From: the human T2T-CHM13v2.0 reference genome, Homo sapiens
Reading direction: 5' to 3'
NCBI GenBank assembly: GCA_009914755.4
Contig: CP068257.2
Coordinates: 15,648,001 to 15,712,000 of the forward strand
Length of the DNA stretch: 64,000 bases
A model generated the notes under the pieces. It saw only the letters and a list, made by a program, of their open reading frames with translations. It had not been told where the DNA came from and did no database searches. A program made the position numbers and the translations under genes. Below, piece after piece: positions 10,525 through 31,180 of this stretch; the stretch's first letter is position 1, and each line of letters starts with the position of its first letter.

Positions 10525-13330
10525 GTGAAAACCTACATAATCTTTAACACCTCTCCTTGCCCCTTTAATGGAATCCTTTTACTGTTTCATCACATTATTA
10601 GGCAGTATACTAAACATACTCTTTGCAGTAGGATTATATACTGTAGCTTCTGCCGGGATGAAAATCCTAATCACATCAACCTTTTTTCTATCATCCTTCG
10701 TTCTGATGGCAATTTAATCCTACCTTTAACTCAGACTGGATAAAAAGACCTCATCTTCCAGGGAACCCTCTTTACCTTTCTACTTACACTTTGTCTATAT
10801 AACCCTCCTGCTTCCTTGGATACCCCACATAGTCACCCCTCCCCTTCCACTGGCTCCTAATTACCTCTACAAGACTCTCAACTTAACCCACTCTCTGTTA
10901 AACCAGTCCAATCCTTCCCTGGCAAATGACTGTCGGCTTTGTATCTCTCTATCAGCCACTGCTTATGTTGCCACTCTCGTTCCCACAAAAAACTGGGTCT
11001 TTATTAACTTAACCTACCACTCCCATTATGAAGGAAGAGACCCTTTCCAACTTCTAAATATGCAATCATTAGCTGACTTCCCCATCTCTGATAGGAACAA
11101 AGCAGGGCACACAATCCAGCGTTTACACTCTTACATTTCCAACCTCACCTATTGCTCCTCACAGGAGCAGTGAAAAGCACATACACAGCCCTGTAACCAG
11201 GAATACCATCTAATTTTCCAAGCCCCTTTATGCATCCAACTCAACCTGTTATCAGGCCTGCCCCTGGGGCACCTATTATCCCATCAGTGTAATTACACCC
11301 TACAACTTCAAGCCCCAACTGATCATAGTAACTTCCGAGTCACCCAAACAGCTCCATTCAGATGGCTTTTCTGCTTCTCAGGATCCCCAAAAATCATCAC
11401 CTTCTCCCTGCTTAACAAACAGTCTGGGTTTTGTAATGGCAAACACATTCCCTGCATGACCATTCTCCTCTGGACCCCCTGCAGCAGTGTCCCCAACACT
11501 AGCAAATGCCTTCTCATCCCCTCTTTCAATTACTCTCTTGAATGGTTCCTAGTAGATACAAAATGATTTTATCTCCAGTGGGAAAATGGAACACAGGGAG
11601 CCACTCAGTTTCCTCCCAACACCCATTTCCAGCCGCTCACCAAAGCTACCTTCGCGAGTACTCTAAGAGTATGGGAAAATGAAAACAACAAATTCACACA
11701 CCTTTTTAACATACACAACCAGTTCTGTCTACCCAGCCAAGGCATATTCTTCTTATATGGAACTTCAACCTATATCTATCTGCCTCCCCACCAAACGGAC
11801 AGGCACCTGCACCTTAGTCTTCCTAAGTCCCACCATTGACATCGCCCCAGGAAATCAGACCCTATCAGTGCCCCTCAAGGCTCAAGACCATCAGTGCAGG
11901 GCCATAAAACTAATACCCCTACTTATAGGGTTAGGAATGGCCCCTGCTACAGGAACCAGAATAGCCAGTTTATCTACTTCACTATCCTATTACCACGCAC
12001 TCTCAAAGGATTTCTCTGACAGTGTGCAAGAAATAATGAAATCTATCCTCACTCTACAGTCCCAAATAGACCCTTTGGCAACAGTGACTCTCCAAAACTG
12101 CCGAGGCCTAGACCTCCTCACTGCTGAGAAAGGAGGACTTTGCACCTTCTTAGGGGAAAAGTGTTGTTTTTACACTAACAATTCAGGGATAGTATGAGAC
12201 GCCACCTGGCATTTGCAGGAAAAGTCTTCTGAAATCAGACAACACCTTTCAAACTTTTATACCAACCTCTGGAGTTGGGCAACATGGCTTCTCCCCTTTC
12301 TAGGTCCTGTGAGAGCCATCTTGCTATTACTTGCCTTCAGGCCCTGTATTTTTATTTTTTTATTTTTTTTTTTTAATTTTTTTTTTTTATTATACTCTAA
12401 GTTTTAGGGTACATGTGCACATTGTGCAGGTTAGTTACATATGTATACATGTGCCATGCTGGTGCGCTGCACCCACTAACGTGTCATCTAGCATTAGGTA
12501 TATCTCCCAATGCTATCCCTCCCCCCTCCCCCGACCCCACCACAGTCCCCAGAGTGTGATATTCCCCTTCCTGTGTCCATGTGATCTCATTGTTCAATTC
12601 CCACCTATGAGTGAGAATATGCGGTGTTTGGTTTTTTGTTCTTGCGATAGTTTACTGAGAATGATGGTTTCCAATTTCATCCATGTCCCTACAAAGGACA
12701 TGAACTCATCATTTTTTATGGCTGCATAGTATTCCATGGTGTATATGTGCCACATTTTCTTAATCCAGTCTATCATTGTTGGACATTTGGGTTGGTTCCA
12801 AGTCTTTGCTATTGTGAATAGTGCCGCAATAAACATACGTGTGCATGTGTCTTTATAGCAGCATGATTTATAGTCCTTTGGGTATATACCCAGTAATGGG
12901 ATGGCTGGGTCAAATGGTATTTCTAGTTCTAGATCCCTGAGGAATCGCCACACTGACTTCCACAATGGTTGAACTAGTTTACAGTCCCACCAACAGTGTA
13001 AAAGTGTTCCTATTTCTCCACATCCTCTCCAGCACCTGTTGTTTCCTGACTTTTTAATGATTGCCATTCTAACCGGTGTGAGATGATATCTCATAGTGGT
13101 TTTGATTTGCATTTCTCTGATCAGGCCCTGTATTTTTAACATCCTTGCCAAATTTGTTTCCTCTAGGATTGAAGTCATCAAGCTACAGGTGGTCTTACAA
13201 ATGGAACCCCAAATGAGCTCAACTCACAACTTCTAACGAGGACAACTGGATTGACCCACTGGCCCTTTGACTGGCCTAGAGAGTTCCCCTCTGGAGGACA
13301 CTAAAACTGCAGGGCCCCTTCTTCACCCCT
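10525..13330 (+). pseudogene. HERV9 env (SU plus TM). The TM has an immunosuppressive-domain-like LQNCRGLDLLTAEKGGLC and a CX6CC motif. The membrane-spanning region is split after PCIF by the L1 insertion.
   Basis: ORF 11679-12197 gives ..ATVTLQNCRGLDLLTAEKGGLCTFLGEKCCFYTNNSGIV. ORF 12213-12350 gives ..WATWLLPFLGPVRAILLLLAFRPCIF. The sequence after the L1 resumes [24 protein letters not shown], which parallels syncytin-1 PCIFNLLVNFVSSRIEAVKLQM. Confidence 0.7.
12355..13121 (-). mobile_element. Young L1 3' fragment (767 bp: ORF2 C-terminus plus 3'UTR plus poly(A)), L1HS pre-Ta-like, flanked by the 17-bp duplication CAGGCCCTGTATTTTTA at 12338-12354 and 13122-13138
   Basis: The poly-T run at 12355-12400 is the reverse-complemented poly(A). 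A 195-aa ORF2 C-terminal frame is open on the minus strand (12594-13181). The 3'UTR reverse complement reads ..CTAGATGACACGTTAGTGGGTGC.., the ACG diagnostic I associate with pre-Ta L1HS. Confidence 0.8.
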
Positions 13331-13405
13331 ATCCAGCAGTTAGTAGCTAGAATGGTCATTGCCCAGTTCCCAAGAGCAGCTGTGGTGTCCTGTTTAGAGG
13401 GCTAT

Positions 13406-13787
13406 TGAGAGGTGAGGCCAGCTGAACTTCCTGGGTCAAGTGGGGACTTGGGGAACTTTCCTGTCTTACAAGAGGATTGTAAAATGCACCAATCAGTGCT
13501 CTGTAAAACACACTAATCAGCTCTCTGTAAAACACATCAATCAGCACTCTGTAAAACACACCAATCAGCACTCTGTAAAACGCACCAATAAGCACTCTGT
13601 AAAATGCACCAATCAGCAGGATCCTAAAGGTAGCCACCTTTCACTCTTCACAATAAACCTTGCTACCACTCACTCTTTGGGTCTTTGCCATCTTTAAGAG
13701 CTGTAACACTCACCGTGAAGGTCCACGGCTTCATTCTTGAAGTCAGCAAGACTGTGAACCCACTGGCAGGAACCAACTCTGGACACA
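13406..13787 (+). mobile_element. 3' LTR of the HERV9 provirus (LTR12-type). It has 6 CCAAT-box repeat units but lacks the roughly 110-135 bp TATA/core-promoter segment present in the 5' LTR.
   Basis: Direct comparison of 3930-4200 with 13470-13680. Confidence 0.8.
13487..13620 (+). promoter_or_regulatory. Tandem 21-22 bp CCAAT-box enhancer repeats (caccaatcagcactctgtaaaa x6) in the LTR12 U3. The same unit family occurs at 3938-3990 and 61370-61545.
   Basis: Direct repeat reading; this is the known architecture of the ERV9 LTR U3. Confidence 0.7.
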
Positions 13788-14297
13788 CAAGGACTGCGAG
13801 CACAGTCAGCACTTTGGCAGAGAAAGGTCACCTGGATGTTACATGGCGAGGCTACAGGGTTGTAAGGGTCACTTTACCTTCAGCTCTGCACTGAGGCTGG
13901 CTAGTCCTTGAGAAACTAAGTGACCTGCTTCTCAGCTGTGCAAGTAAAAAATCTTGGCAACACATCATCCAAACCATGGCTCAGCTGCTGCAGGGCCCCA
14001 CAGAATAGGGCCCTGCCTTTCCTTCCCATCAGCATCCCATCTGACCCTGTCTGAGTCCCATGATGGCTGGCTGGGTGTGGGCAGCATGTACACGGGAGAT
14101 CATGGGTGCTTGAAAGAAGTCGAGGCTGTACCTTTCTTTGCAAGAACCTGTTCTCTTTCCCTCCTTGTTTTTAAAAATATTCAATACAGTATAATTTTAT
14201 AATGATAACAGAACCTGGTCCGACTTCTGTGGAAAAGGATTGATCAACAAGCCTGAGTTGGGGGTTTTTCTGTTCAGTTCGTATTAGGGCCCCTCTA

Positions 14298-14687
<390 letters not shown>

Positions 14688-14690
14688 TTA

Positions 14691-14721
14691 AAAGAAAATA
14701 AAATTCCTGTATCCAAGCTAA
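14691..14721 (+). other. AATAAA signal followed about 20 nt later by an 11-nt poly(A) run, immediately before the second copy of the TTATATGAAAT duplication. This marks the 3' end of the inserted block.
   Basis: Sequence aaaataaaattcctgtatccaagctaaaaaaaaaaa|ttatatgaaat. Confidence 0.6.
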
Positions 14722-15195
14722 AAAAAAAAATTATATGAAATCGAAAAAGAACCCAAATAGCCAATACATTCCTAAGCAAAAAGAACAAAGCTGGAGCTAT
14801 CACATTACTAACTTCAGACTATACTACAAGGCTACTGTAACCAAAACAGCATAGTACTGGTACAAAAACACATAGACCAATGAAACAGGATATAGAGCCC
14901 AGAAATAATGTGACACACCTGCCAAAATCTGATCATTGACAAAATTGACAAAAACAAACAATGGGGAATAGTCTCTCTATTCAATAAATGGTGCTGGGAT
15001 AACTGGCTAGCCATATGAAGAAGATTGAAACTGGGTGCCTTCCTTACACTATATATAAAAATTCACTTCAGATGTATTAAAGACTTAATTCTAAAACCAA
15101 AAACTATAGAAACCCTGGAAAACAACCTAGGCAATACCATTCTGGATATAATACCTGGCAAAAACCTCATGACAAAGACACAGAAAAAAATTGCA
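14722..15195 (+). mobile_element. Continuation of the old L1 ORF2 that was split at 2995
   Basis: ttatatgaaatcgaaaaagaacccaaatagccaa..aaagctggagc..ctacaaggctac matches L1 ORF2 ttcatatggaaccaaaaaagagccc... Confidence 0.85.
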
Positions 15196-15240
15196 AAAAA
15201 AAAAAAAAACAAAAAAAAACAAAAAAAAAAACTGGGGTTG

Positions 15241-21990
<6,750 letters not shown>

Positions 21991-24914
21991 GCTAAATCAA
22001 ATCCAAGGAAACTAAGAATACAACCAAATGATACAGAAGCTGAAAGGTGAAATAGCCAGTATAAAAAGAACGTAACATATCTGATAGAGTTGAAAAACAT
22101 ACTACAAGAATTTTACAGTGCAATCACAAGTATTTACAACAGAATAGGCCAAGCTGAAAAAAAGAATCTCAGAAATTGAAGACGGTCTCTCTGAAATAAG
22201 ACAGACAAAAATAAAGAAAGAGTAATAAAAAGAAATGAACAAAACCTCTGAAAATGTGGCATTATGTAAGAGGCCAAATCTGCAAATCACTGGCATCTCT
22301 GAAAGGGACAAGGAGAAAACAAACAACTTGGGAAATATATTTCATGACATCATTCATGAAAACTTCCCCAACCTTGCTAGAGAGGCCAACAGTCAAATTA
22401 ACAAACTACAGAGAAAACCCTGAAAGATACTACACTAGAAGAGTATCCCTAAGACATATGATCATCAGATTTTTCAAGGTTGAAATGAAAGGAAAAAAAA
22501 TGTTAAAGACAGCTAGAGAAAAAGAGCAAGTCACCTATAAAGGGAACCCTATCAGGCTAAGAGTGGACCTCTCAGCAGAAGAGATTGGGGACCTATATTC
22601 AACATTCTTAAAGAAAAATGTCTAAAACCAAGAATTTGATATCCAGCCAACCTAAGTTTCCTAAACGGAGGAGAAACACAGCCTGTTTCAGATAAGCAAA
22701 TGTTGAGGGGGTTCATTACTACCACACATGCCTTACAAGAAATTGGGAAAGGAGCACCAAATATAGAAAGAAAAGACTGTTACCAGCCAATACAAAAACA
22801 CACTTACATACACAGACCAGTGACACTGTAAAGCAACCACACAAACAAGCTGACATAATAACCAGCTAACAATACAATGACGGGATCAAATCCACACATA
22901 TCAGTACTAACCTTGAGTGTAAACAGGCTGAATGCCCCACTTAAAAGACACAGAGTGGCAAGCTGGATAAAAAAGCAAGACCCAATGGCATGCTGTCTTC
23001 AAGAGACCCATATCATACATAATGAGACTCATAGGCTCAAAATAAAGAAATGGAGGAAAATCTACCAAGCAAATGGAAATCAGAAAAAAGCAGGTGTTGC
23101 AATTCTAATTTCAGGCAGGGCAGACTTTAAACCAACAAAGATCAAAGAAGGCACCAAAAAGCATTATATAATGGTAAAGAATTCAATTCAACAGGAAGAC
23201 CTAACTATCCTAAATATGTGTGCACCCAACACAGGAGCACCCAGATTCATAAAGCAAGTTCTTAGAGACCTATGAAGAGCCTTAGACTCGCACACAATAA
23301 TAGTGGACGAATTCAACACTCCAATAACAGTACTAGACAGATTGTTTAAGCAGAAAACTAACAAAGATATTCAGGACCTGAACTTAATGTTAGACCAAAT
23401 GGATCTTCATCAGAAACTACATAGACTTCTACAGCACTCTCCACCCATAAACAACAGAACATACATTCTCTCATCACCACGTGGCACATACTCTAAAATT
23501 GACCACATTATTAGACATGAAACAATCATCAGCAAATGCAAGAGAACTGAAATTATGTAAAACACACTCTTGGACCACAGTGCAATAAAAATACAAGTCA
23601 GAACTCATAAGATAGCTCAAAGACCATTAAAAAATAAACAACATGCTTTTAAATGACTTTTGAGTAAATAATAAATTAAGTCAGAAATAAAGGTCTTGGA
23701 AACTAAAGAGAATAAAAATACAACATACCAGAGTCTCTGAGACACAGCCAATGCAGTGTTAAGAGAGTAACTTATAGTACTTACTGCCACATCAAAAGTA
23801 AGAAAGATCTCAGATAAACAATGTAATGTTACAACTGAAAGAATTAGAGAAGCAAGAGCAAATCAGTCCCAAAGCTAGCAGGAGACAATAAATAACCAAA
23901 ATCAGAGCTAAAGTGAAAAAAAAATTGAGACACAAAAATACATTCAAATGATCAATGAATCCAGGAGTTGCTTTCTGAAAAAAAAAAATAATAAGCTAGA
24001 TAGGCCGCTGGCTAGACTAATAAAGAAGAAAAGTTCCAAATAAACACAATTAGAAATGACAAAGGGGATGTTACCACTCACCCTACAGAAATAAAAATAA
24101 CCATCACAAACTGCTATGAACACCTCTATGCACACAATCTAGAAAACCTAGAAGAGATGGTTAAATTTCTGTACACATACACTATCCCAAGACTGAAATA
24201 GAAGAAATTGATTCCCTGAACAGACCAATAATGAGCTCTGAAGTTGAATCAGTAATAAATAACCTAGCAACCAAAAAAAAAAAAAAAAAAAAAGCCCAGA
24301 ACCAGATGGATTCACAGCCTGATTCTACCAGATATAAAAAGAAGATCTGGTATCATTTCTCCTGAAACTATTCAAAAAATTGAGGAGAGACTCCTCCCCC
24401 AACTCATCCTATGAGGCCAGCAACATCCTTATACCAAAGCCAAAATACAACGAGAAAAGAAATCTACTGGCCAATATTTTTGATAAACATAAATGCAAAA
24501 ATTCTCAATCCAATACTACCAAAGCAAACTTAACACATCAAAAATATTATAACATAACCAGCTGGAATTTGTCCCTGAGAAGCAAGCTTGGTTTTATGCA
24601 AGTCAATCAACATGATGCACCACATTTACAAAATAAAAGATAAAAACTACATGATTATCTCAATAGATGCAGAAACAATATAACGTAGTTTATTATCCTT
24701 TGATGATAAAAATCCTCAGAATAGATATAAGAAGCAAATTTTCTCAACATAATAGTGGCCATTTATGAAAAGCCCACAACTAAAATCATAATCAGTGGAG
24801 AAAAAAAAATGGAAAGATTTTCCTCTAAGATCTGGTACAAGGAAAGGATTCCTACTCAACAGAGTACTGGAAGATCTAGCAAGAGCAATCAGACAAAAAA
24901 TACAAGAGAGAAGG
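21991..24914 (+). mobile_element. L1 (L1PB/L1MA-like) ORF1-ORF2 fragment
   Basis: ORF1-like 22254-22625 (..RFFKVEMKGKKMLKTAREKEQVTYKGNPIRL..). ORF2 EN 22877-23275 (MTGSNPHISVLTLSVNRLNAPLKRHR..). Confidence 0.8.
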
Positions 24915-26742
24915 AGGTGAAGCAACATGGCTGAATAGAGACCTCCAGTGATCATCTCCCACCATGAGAACACCAAACTGAACAATTATTCAAATTTTTA
25001 AAAAAAAGCACCTTCATAAGAACCAAAAATCAGGTGAGGAAACACAGTACCTGGTTTTAACATCATAATAAGGAAGGAGGCCTTGAAAGGTGTGGAAAAG
25101 ACACTCTAAAATAACCTACACCACCCCTCCCCCATCCCCCAGCAGTGATCATGTGGTGCATAGAAAGAATTTGTGCACTTGGGGGAGAGAAAGCACAGGG
25201 ATTATGTGACTTTGCATTGGAACTCAGTGCTGCCCTAGCACGGTGGAAAGCAACATGGAGCAGAACTTAGCCAGCACTCATAAAGGCAGCATTTAGACCA
25301 GCCCTTGCCAGAGGTGAATTGTCCATCCCAGCAGTTGGAACCTGAGTTATGGTAAGCCCTGCTGCCATGGGCTGAAGTGTTCTGAGGTCCTAAATAAATT
25401 GAAAATGCAGATTGGCCACAAGGAATGAAATTCCTGGGCAAGTCCTGGGGCTGTGCTGGGCTTGGAACCAGTAGACTTGTGGTGCATGTAATCTAGGGAG
25501 ACCAGCTGGGGTGACCAAGGGAGTACTTCTGTCACCCCTCTCCAACTCCAGGCAGCACAGCACACAGCTCTAAAAAAGACTCCTTCTTCCACTAAAGGAG
25601 AGGAGAGCGAGAGTAAAGAGGACTTAGTCTTGCAACTTGGATACCAGCTCAGCCACTGTACAATAGGACACCAGGCAGAGTTCTGAGGGCCCCCATCCTA
25701 GACCCTAGTTCTCAGTTTACATTTCTGGACACACCCTGGGCCAGAAGGGAACCCACTGCCTTGAAGGGAAGAACCCAGTCCTGACAGAATTCATCATGGA
25801 CTGGCTAAAGAGCTCTTGAGCCCTGAATAATCACCAGTGGTCACCAGGAAGTACTCACTGTGGGTCCTGGGTGAGACTCAGAGTCATGCTGGCTTCAGGT
25901 GTGACCCACCACATTCCCAGCTGTGGTGGCTACAGGGAGAGTCTCCTGCAAGATGATACATCAATGAGTTTGCAACTGCAATAGCATTTGTGGGTTTAGG
26001 GTGCTCCCTAAGGCAGAGATGGATGTAGTGATCAAAGACTTAGGTCACAAACCTTTTGAATACCTCAAAAGCCTTCCCAAGAAGGATAGGTACAAACAAG
26101 CCCAGACTCCCAAAGATCAAGGATAAAAAAGGATTCTAAAAGCAGCAAAAGAAAAGAAACTAATAACATACAAAGGACTTCAATACGTCTGGCAGCAGAC
26201 TTCTCAGTGGAAATGTTACAGGCCAACAGGAAGTGACATGATATATTTAGGGGACTGAAGGAAAAATATTTTATCCTAAAATAATATAACCAACAAAAAT
26301 ATCCTTCAAACATGAAGAAGAAATAAAGAGTTTACCACACAAACAAAAGCTCAGGGATTTTATCAACACCACACCATTCTTATAAAGAATGCTAAAGAAA
26401 GTTCAGTCTGGAAGAAACAGATGTTAATGAGCAATAGCAAATCATCTGAAGGTCCAAAAGTTACTGTTAATAGCAAGTACAGAGAAAAACACAATGTTAT
26501 AACACTGTCATAGTGGAGTATAAACTATTCATATCTTGAGTAGAAAGGTTAGTAAATGAACTGATCCAAACTAGTAACTACAACTTTTCAAAACATAACA
26601 CGAAATGATATAAACAGAAACAACATAAAGTTAAAAAGAGACAAAGGAGGGACAATGTTAAGGTATAGAGTTTTTATTAGTTTTCTTTTTGATTATTTGT
26701 TTATGCAGTCTTAAGTAGTCATCAGTTTAAAATAATGGGTTA

Positions 26743-27261
26743 GCAAATGATTACAAATCATTCTACTATAAAGACACATGCACATGTATGTTAATTGCAG
26801 CACTGTTCACAATAGCAAAGATGTGGAACCAACCCAAATGCCCATCAATGACAGACTGGATAAAGAAAATGTGGCACATACATACCATGGAATACTATGC
26901 AGCCATGAAAAAGAATCAGTTCATGTCCTTTGCAGGGACATGGATGAAGCTGGAAACCATCATTCTCAGCAAACTAATACAGGAACAGAAAACCAAACAT
27001 CGCATGTTCTCACTTATAAGTGGGAGTTGAACAATGAGAACACATGGACACAGGGAGGGGAACATCACACACTGGGGCCTGTCAGCAGGTGGGGGTGCTA
27101 AGGGAAGGATAGCATTAGGAGAAATACCTAATGTAGATGACGAGTTGATGGGTGCAGCAAACCACCATGGCACATGTATACCGATGTAACAAAACTGCAC
27201 GTTCTGCACGTGTATCCCAGAACTTAAAGTATAATAAAAAATAATGATTATAAAATAAAAT
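26743..27261 (+). mobile_element. Nested L1PA 3' fragment (ORF2 C-terminus plus 3'UTR) with an approximately 15-bp duplication AAAATAATGG(G/A)TTAG
   Basis: ttacaaatcattctactataaagacacatgcac..ggcacatgtataccgatgtaacaaaactgcacgttctgcacgtgtatcccagaacttaaagtataataaaaaataa. The duplication copies lie at 26727-26742 and 27262-27277. Confidence 0.8.
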
Positions 27262-28259
27262 AATGGATTAGAAGATATATTTGCAAACCTTATGATAACC
27301 TCAAATCAAAAAAAATATATCAGATAACACAAAAAATTTTAAAAAGAAATTAAAACATATCACAAGAGAAAAAACACTTTCACTAAAAGGAAGACTGGAA
27401 GGAAGGAAAAAAGGAAGAGAGAGGCTGCAGGATATCCAGAAAACAAATAAAATGTCACGAATAAGTCCCTGCTTAGCAATAATAACATAGAATGTAAAAA
27501 GACTAAACTCTTCAATCAAAATACACTTGCTGAATGAATAAAAACAACAAGACCCAATGATATGTTACCTACAAAAAACAATTTATCTATAAAGATACAC
27601 ATAAATTGAAAATAAATAAATAAAGTAAGATGTTCCAAGCAAACAGAAACCAAAAAAGGGGAGGATTAGCTATACTTAGACAAAATAGATTTCAAGACAA
27701 AACCTGTAAAAAGAGACACAGAATGCCATTATATAATGATAACGATGTCAATTCAGCAACGGGATATAATAATTGTAAATACGCATGCACCTAATGCTGA
27801 AGTACCCAGATGTATAAAACAAATATTATTAGATGTAAAAAGATAAATAGACCCCCAATACAATAATAGCTGGATATTTCAATACCACAGTTTTGGCAAT
27901 GAACAGATCATCCAGACAGAAAAATCAATAAAGAAACATCAGACTTAAACTGCACTGAAGACCAGATGAATAGATATTTACTAAACATTTTATCCAACCA
28001 CTAACGAATACACATTGTCTATCCTGGATTATTCTCTAGGATAGACAATATGTTAGGCCACAAAACTTGTCTTTAAACTTCCAAAAAAATGAAATTATAT
28101 TAAGTATCTTCTCTGATCACAAATGAATAAAACTAGAATTCAATAACAAGAGGATTTTGAAAATCATACAAACACATGGAAATTAAGCAATATGCTCTGG
28201 AATTACCAGTGGGTCAGTAAAGAAATTAAGAAGGAAACTTAAATTTTTTCTTGAAACTG

Positions 28260-28548
28260 GCAGGTGCAGTGGCTCACATCTATAATCACAGCACTTTGGG
28301 AGGCCAAGGTGGGGGGATTCCTTTAGCTTAGGAGTTTCAGACCAACTTGTCACTAAAAAATAAAAAAAAAATTTTTTTAATTGATTATCTGGGCTTGGCA
28401 GTGTGCACTTGTAGTCCCAGTTACTCAGGAGGCTGAGACAGGAAGATCACTTGAGCTCAAGAGGTCAAGGCTGCAGTGAGCTGTGATCATGCCTGTACTC
28501 TATCCTGGGTGACAGAGACAGACTTTGTCTCAAAAACAAAAAAAGAAA
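28260..28548 (+). mobile_element. Alu (older, AluJ/S-like) nested in L1
   Basis: ggcaggtgcagtggctcacatctataatcacagcactttgggaggcc... Confidence 0.85.
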
Positions 28549-28675
28549 ATTCTTGAAACAAATAAAAAAGGAAACACCACATACCAAAACCTATGAATAC
28601 AGTGAAAGCAGTACTAAGAGGAAAGTATATAGCAACAAGAGCCTGTGTCAAAAAAGTAGAAAAAATTTAAATAGG

Positions 28676-28962
<287 letters not shown>

Positions 28963-30376
28963 TTAAATAGTCTAATGATACATCTTAAAGAACTAGAAAA
29001 ACAAGAGCAAACCAAATCCAAAATTAGTACAAGGAAAGAAATAATAAATATTACAGTAGAAATAAATGAAAATGAAATTTAAAAATACAAAAAACTCAAT
29101 GAAACAAAAAAGTTGTTTTGTGAAAAGCTAAACAAAATTGACAAACCATTAACCCAACTAACTTTGAATAAAAGAGAAAAGACTCAAATAAATAAAGTCA
29201 GAGATTAAAAGGGAGGCATTACAACTGATACTGCAGAAATTCGAAGTATCGTTGGAGGCTACTATGAACAACTCTATGATAATAAATTGGAAAACCTAGA
29301 AGGAATGGATAAATTCCTAGACACATACAACCTACCAGGATTGATCCAGGAATAAATCCAAAACATGAACATGCCAATAAAAAGTAATGAAATCGAAACT
29401 GTTCTGAAGAAGTCTCTCAACAAAGAAAAGCCTGGGACCGAATGGCTTCACTGCTAAATTTTAGGAAACATTTAAAGAAGAATTATTATCAAACATCCTC
29501 AAACTATTAAAAAAAAAAAAAGGAGGATGGAATACATCCAAACTTATTCTATGAGGCCAGTATTACCCTGACACCAAAAGACACATTAAAAAAGAGAAGA
29601 AAAGAAAACTTCAGGCCAATATCCCGGATGAAAATTGGTGCAAAAATACTCAACAAAATGCTAGCAAACCAAATTCAACAACACATTAAAAAGATCATTC
29701 ATCATGTCCAAGTGGGATTTATTTCAGGGATTCAAGAACGGTCCAACATATGCAAATCAATCAATGTGATACATCATAACACCAGAATGAAGGACAAAAA
29801 CCATATGATCATTTTAATTGATGCTGAAAAAGCACCTGATAAAATTTAACATCTCTTCATGATAAAACCCTCAAAAAAACAGGTATAGAAGGGACATACC
29901 TCAACACAATAAAAACCATACACAACAGACTCATGACTTGTATCATACTGAATGGGAAAAACTGAAGCCTTTCCTCTAAGATTTGGAATACAACAAGAGG
30001 ATGCCAATTTTCACTGCTGTTATTCAACATAATACTGGAAATCCTAGCTATAACAGTCGGACAAAAGAAAGAAAAAAACATGCAACCAGATTGGAAAGGG
30101 AAGAAGTCAAATTATCCTTGTTTGCAGATGATATAATCTTATATTTGGAAAAACCTAAAGACTCCACCAAAAACTATTAGAACTGATTTTTAAAATTCAT
30201 GAAGTTGGAGGATACAAAATTAACATACAAAAATCAGTAGCATTTCTATATGCCAACAGTGAAAAATCTGAAAAAGAAATCAAGAAAGTAATCCCATTTA
30301 CAATAGCTACAAATAAAATAAAATATCTAGAAATAAATTTAACCAAAGAAATGAAAGGTCTCTACAATGAAAACTA

Positions 30377-30810
<434 letters not shown>

Positions 30811-30824
30811 AAGGAAGAAATTCA

Positions 30825-31180
<356 letters not shown>

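Larger units (their letters stand above)
3869..13787 (+). mobile_element. HERV9 (ERV9, class I gamma-like) provirus: LTR12-gag-pro-pol-env-LTR12, with a nested L1 in env and a 4-bp CAAG target-site duplication
   Basis: Both LTRs start with TGAGAG(A/G)TGAGGCC and end with GGACACA. CAAG sits at 3865-3868 and again at 13788-13791. The internal ORFs resemble HERV-W/HERV9 Gag, Pol and Env. Confidence 0.8.

Noticed and set aside
13356-13637. Minus-strand ORFs translating to repetitive peptides (LIGAFYRVLIGAFYRV.., also 61282-61647 LIGPFYRVLIGPFYRV..)
   Set aside because: They are translations of the LTR12 21-bp CCAAT-box tandem repeats, so the periodic peptide is an artefact. The repeats also superficially resemble a CRISPR array, but they have no spacers and are the known U3 enhancer repeats.
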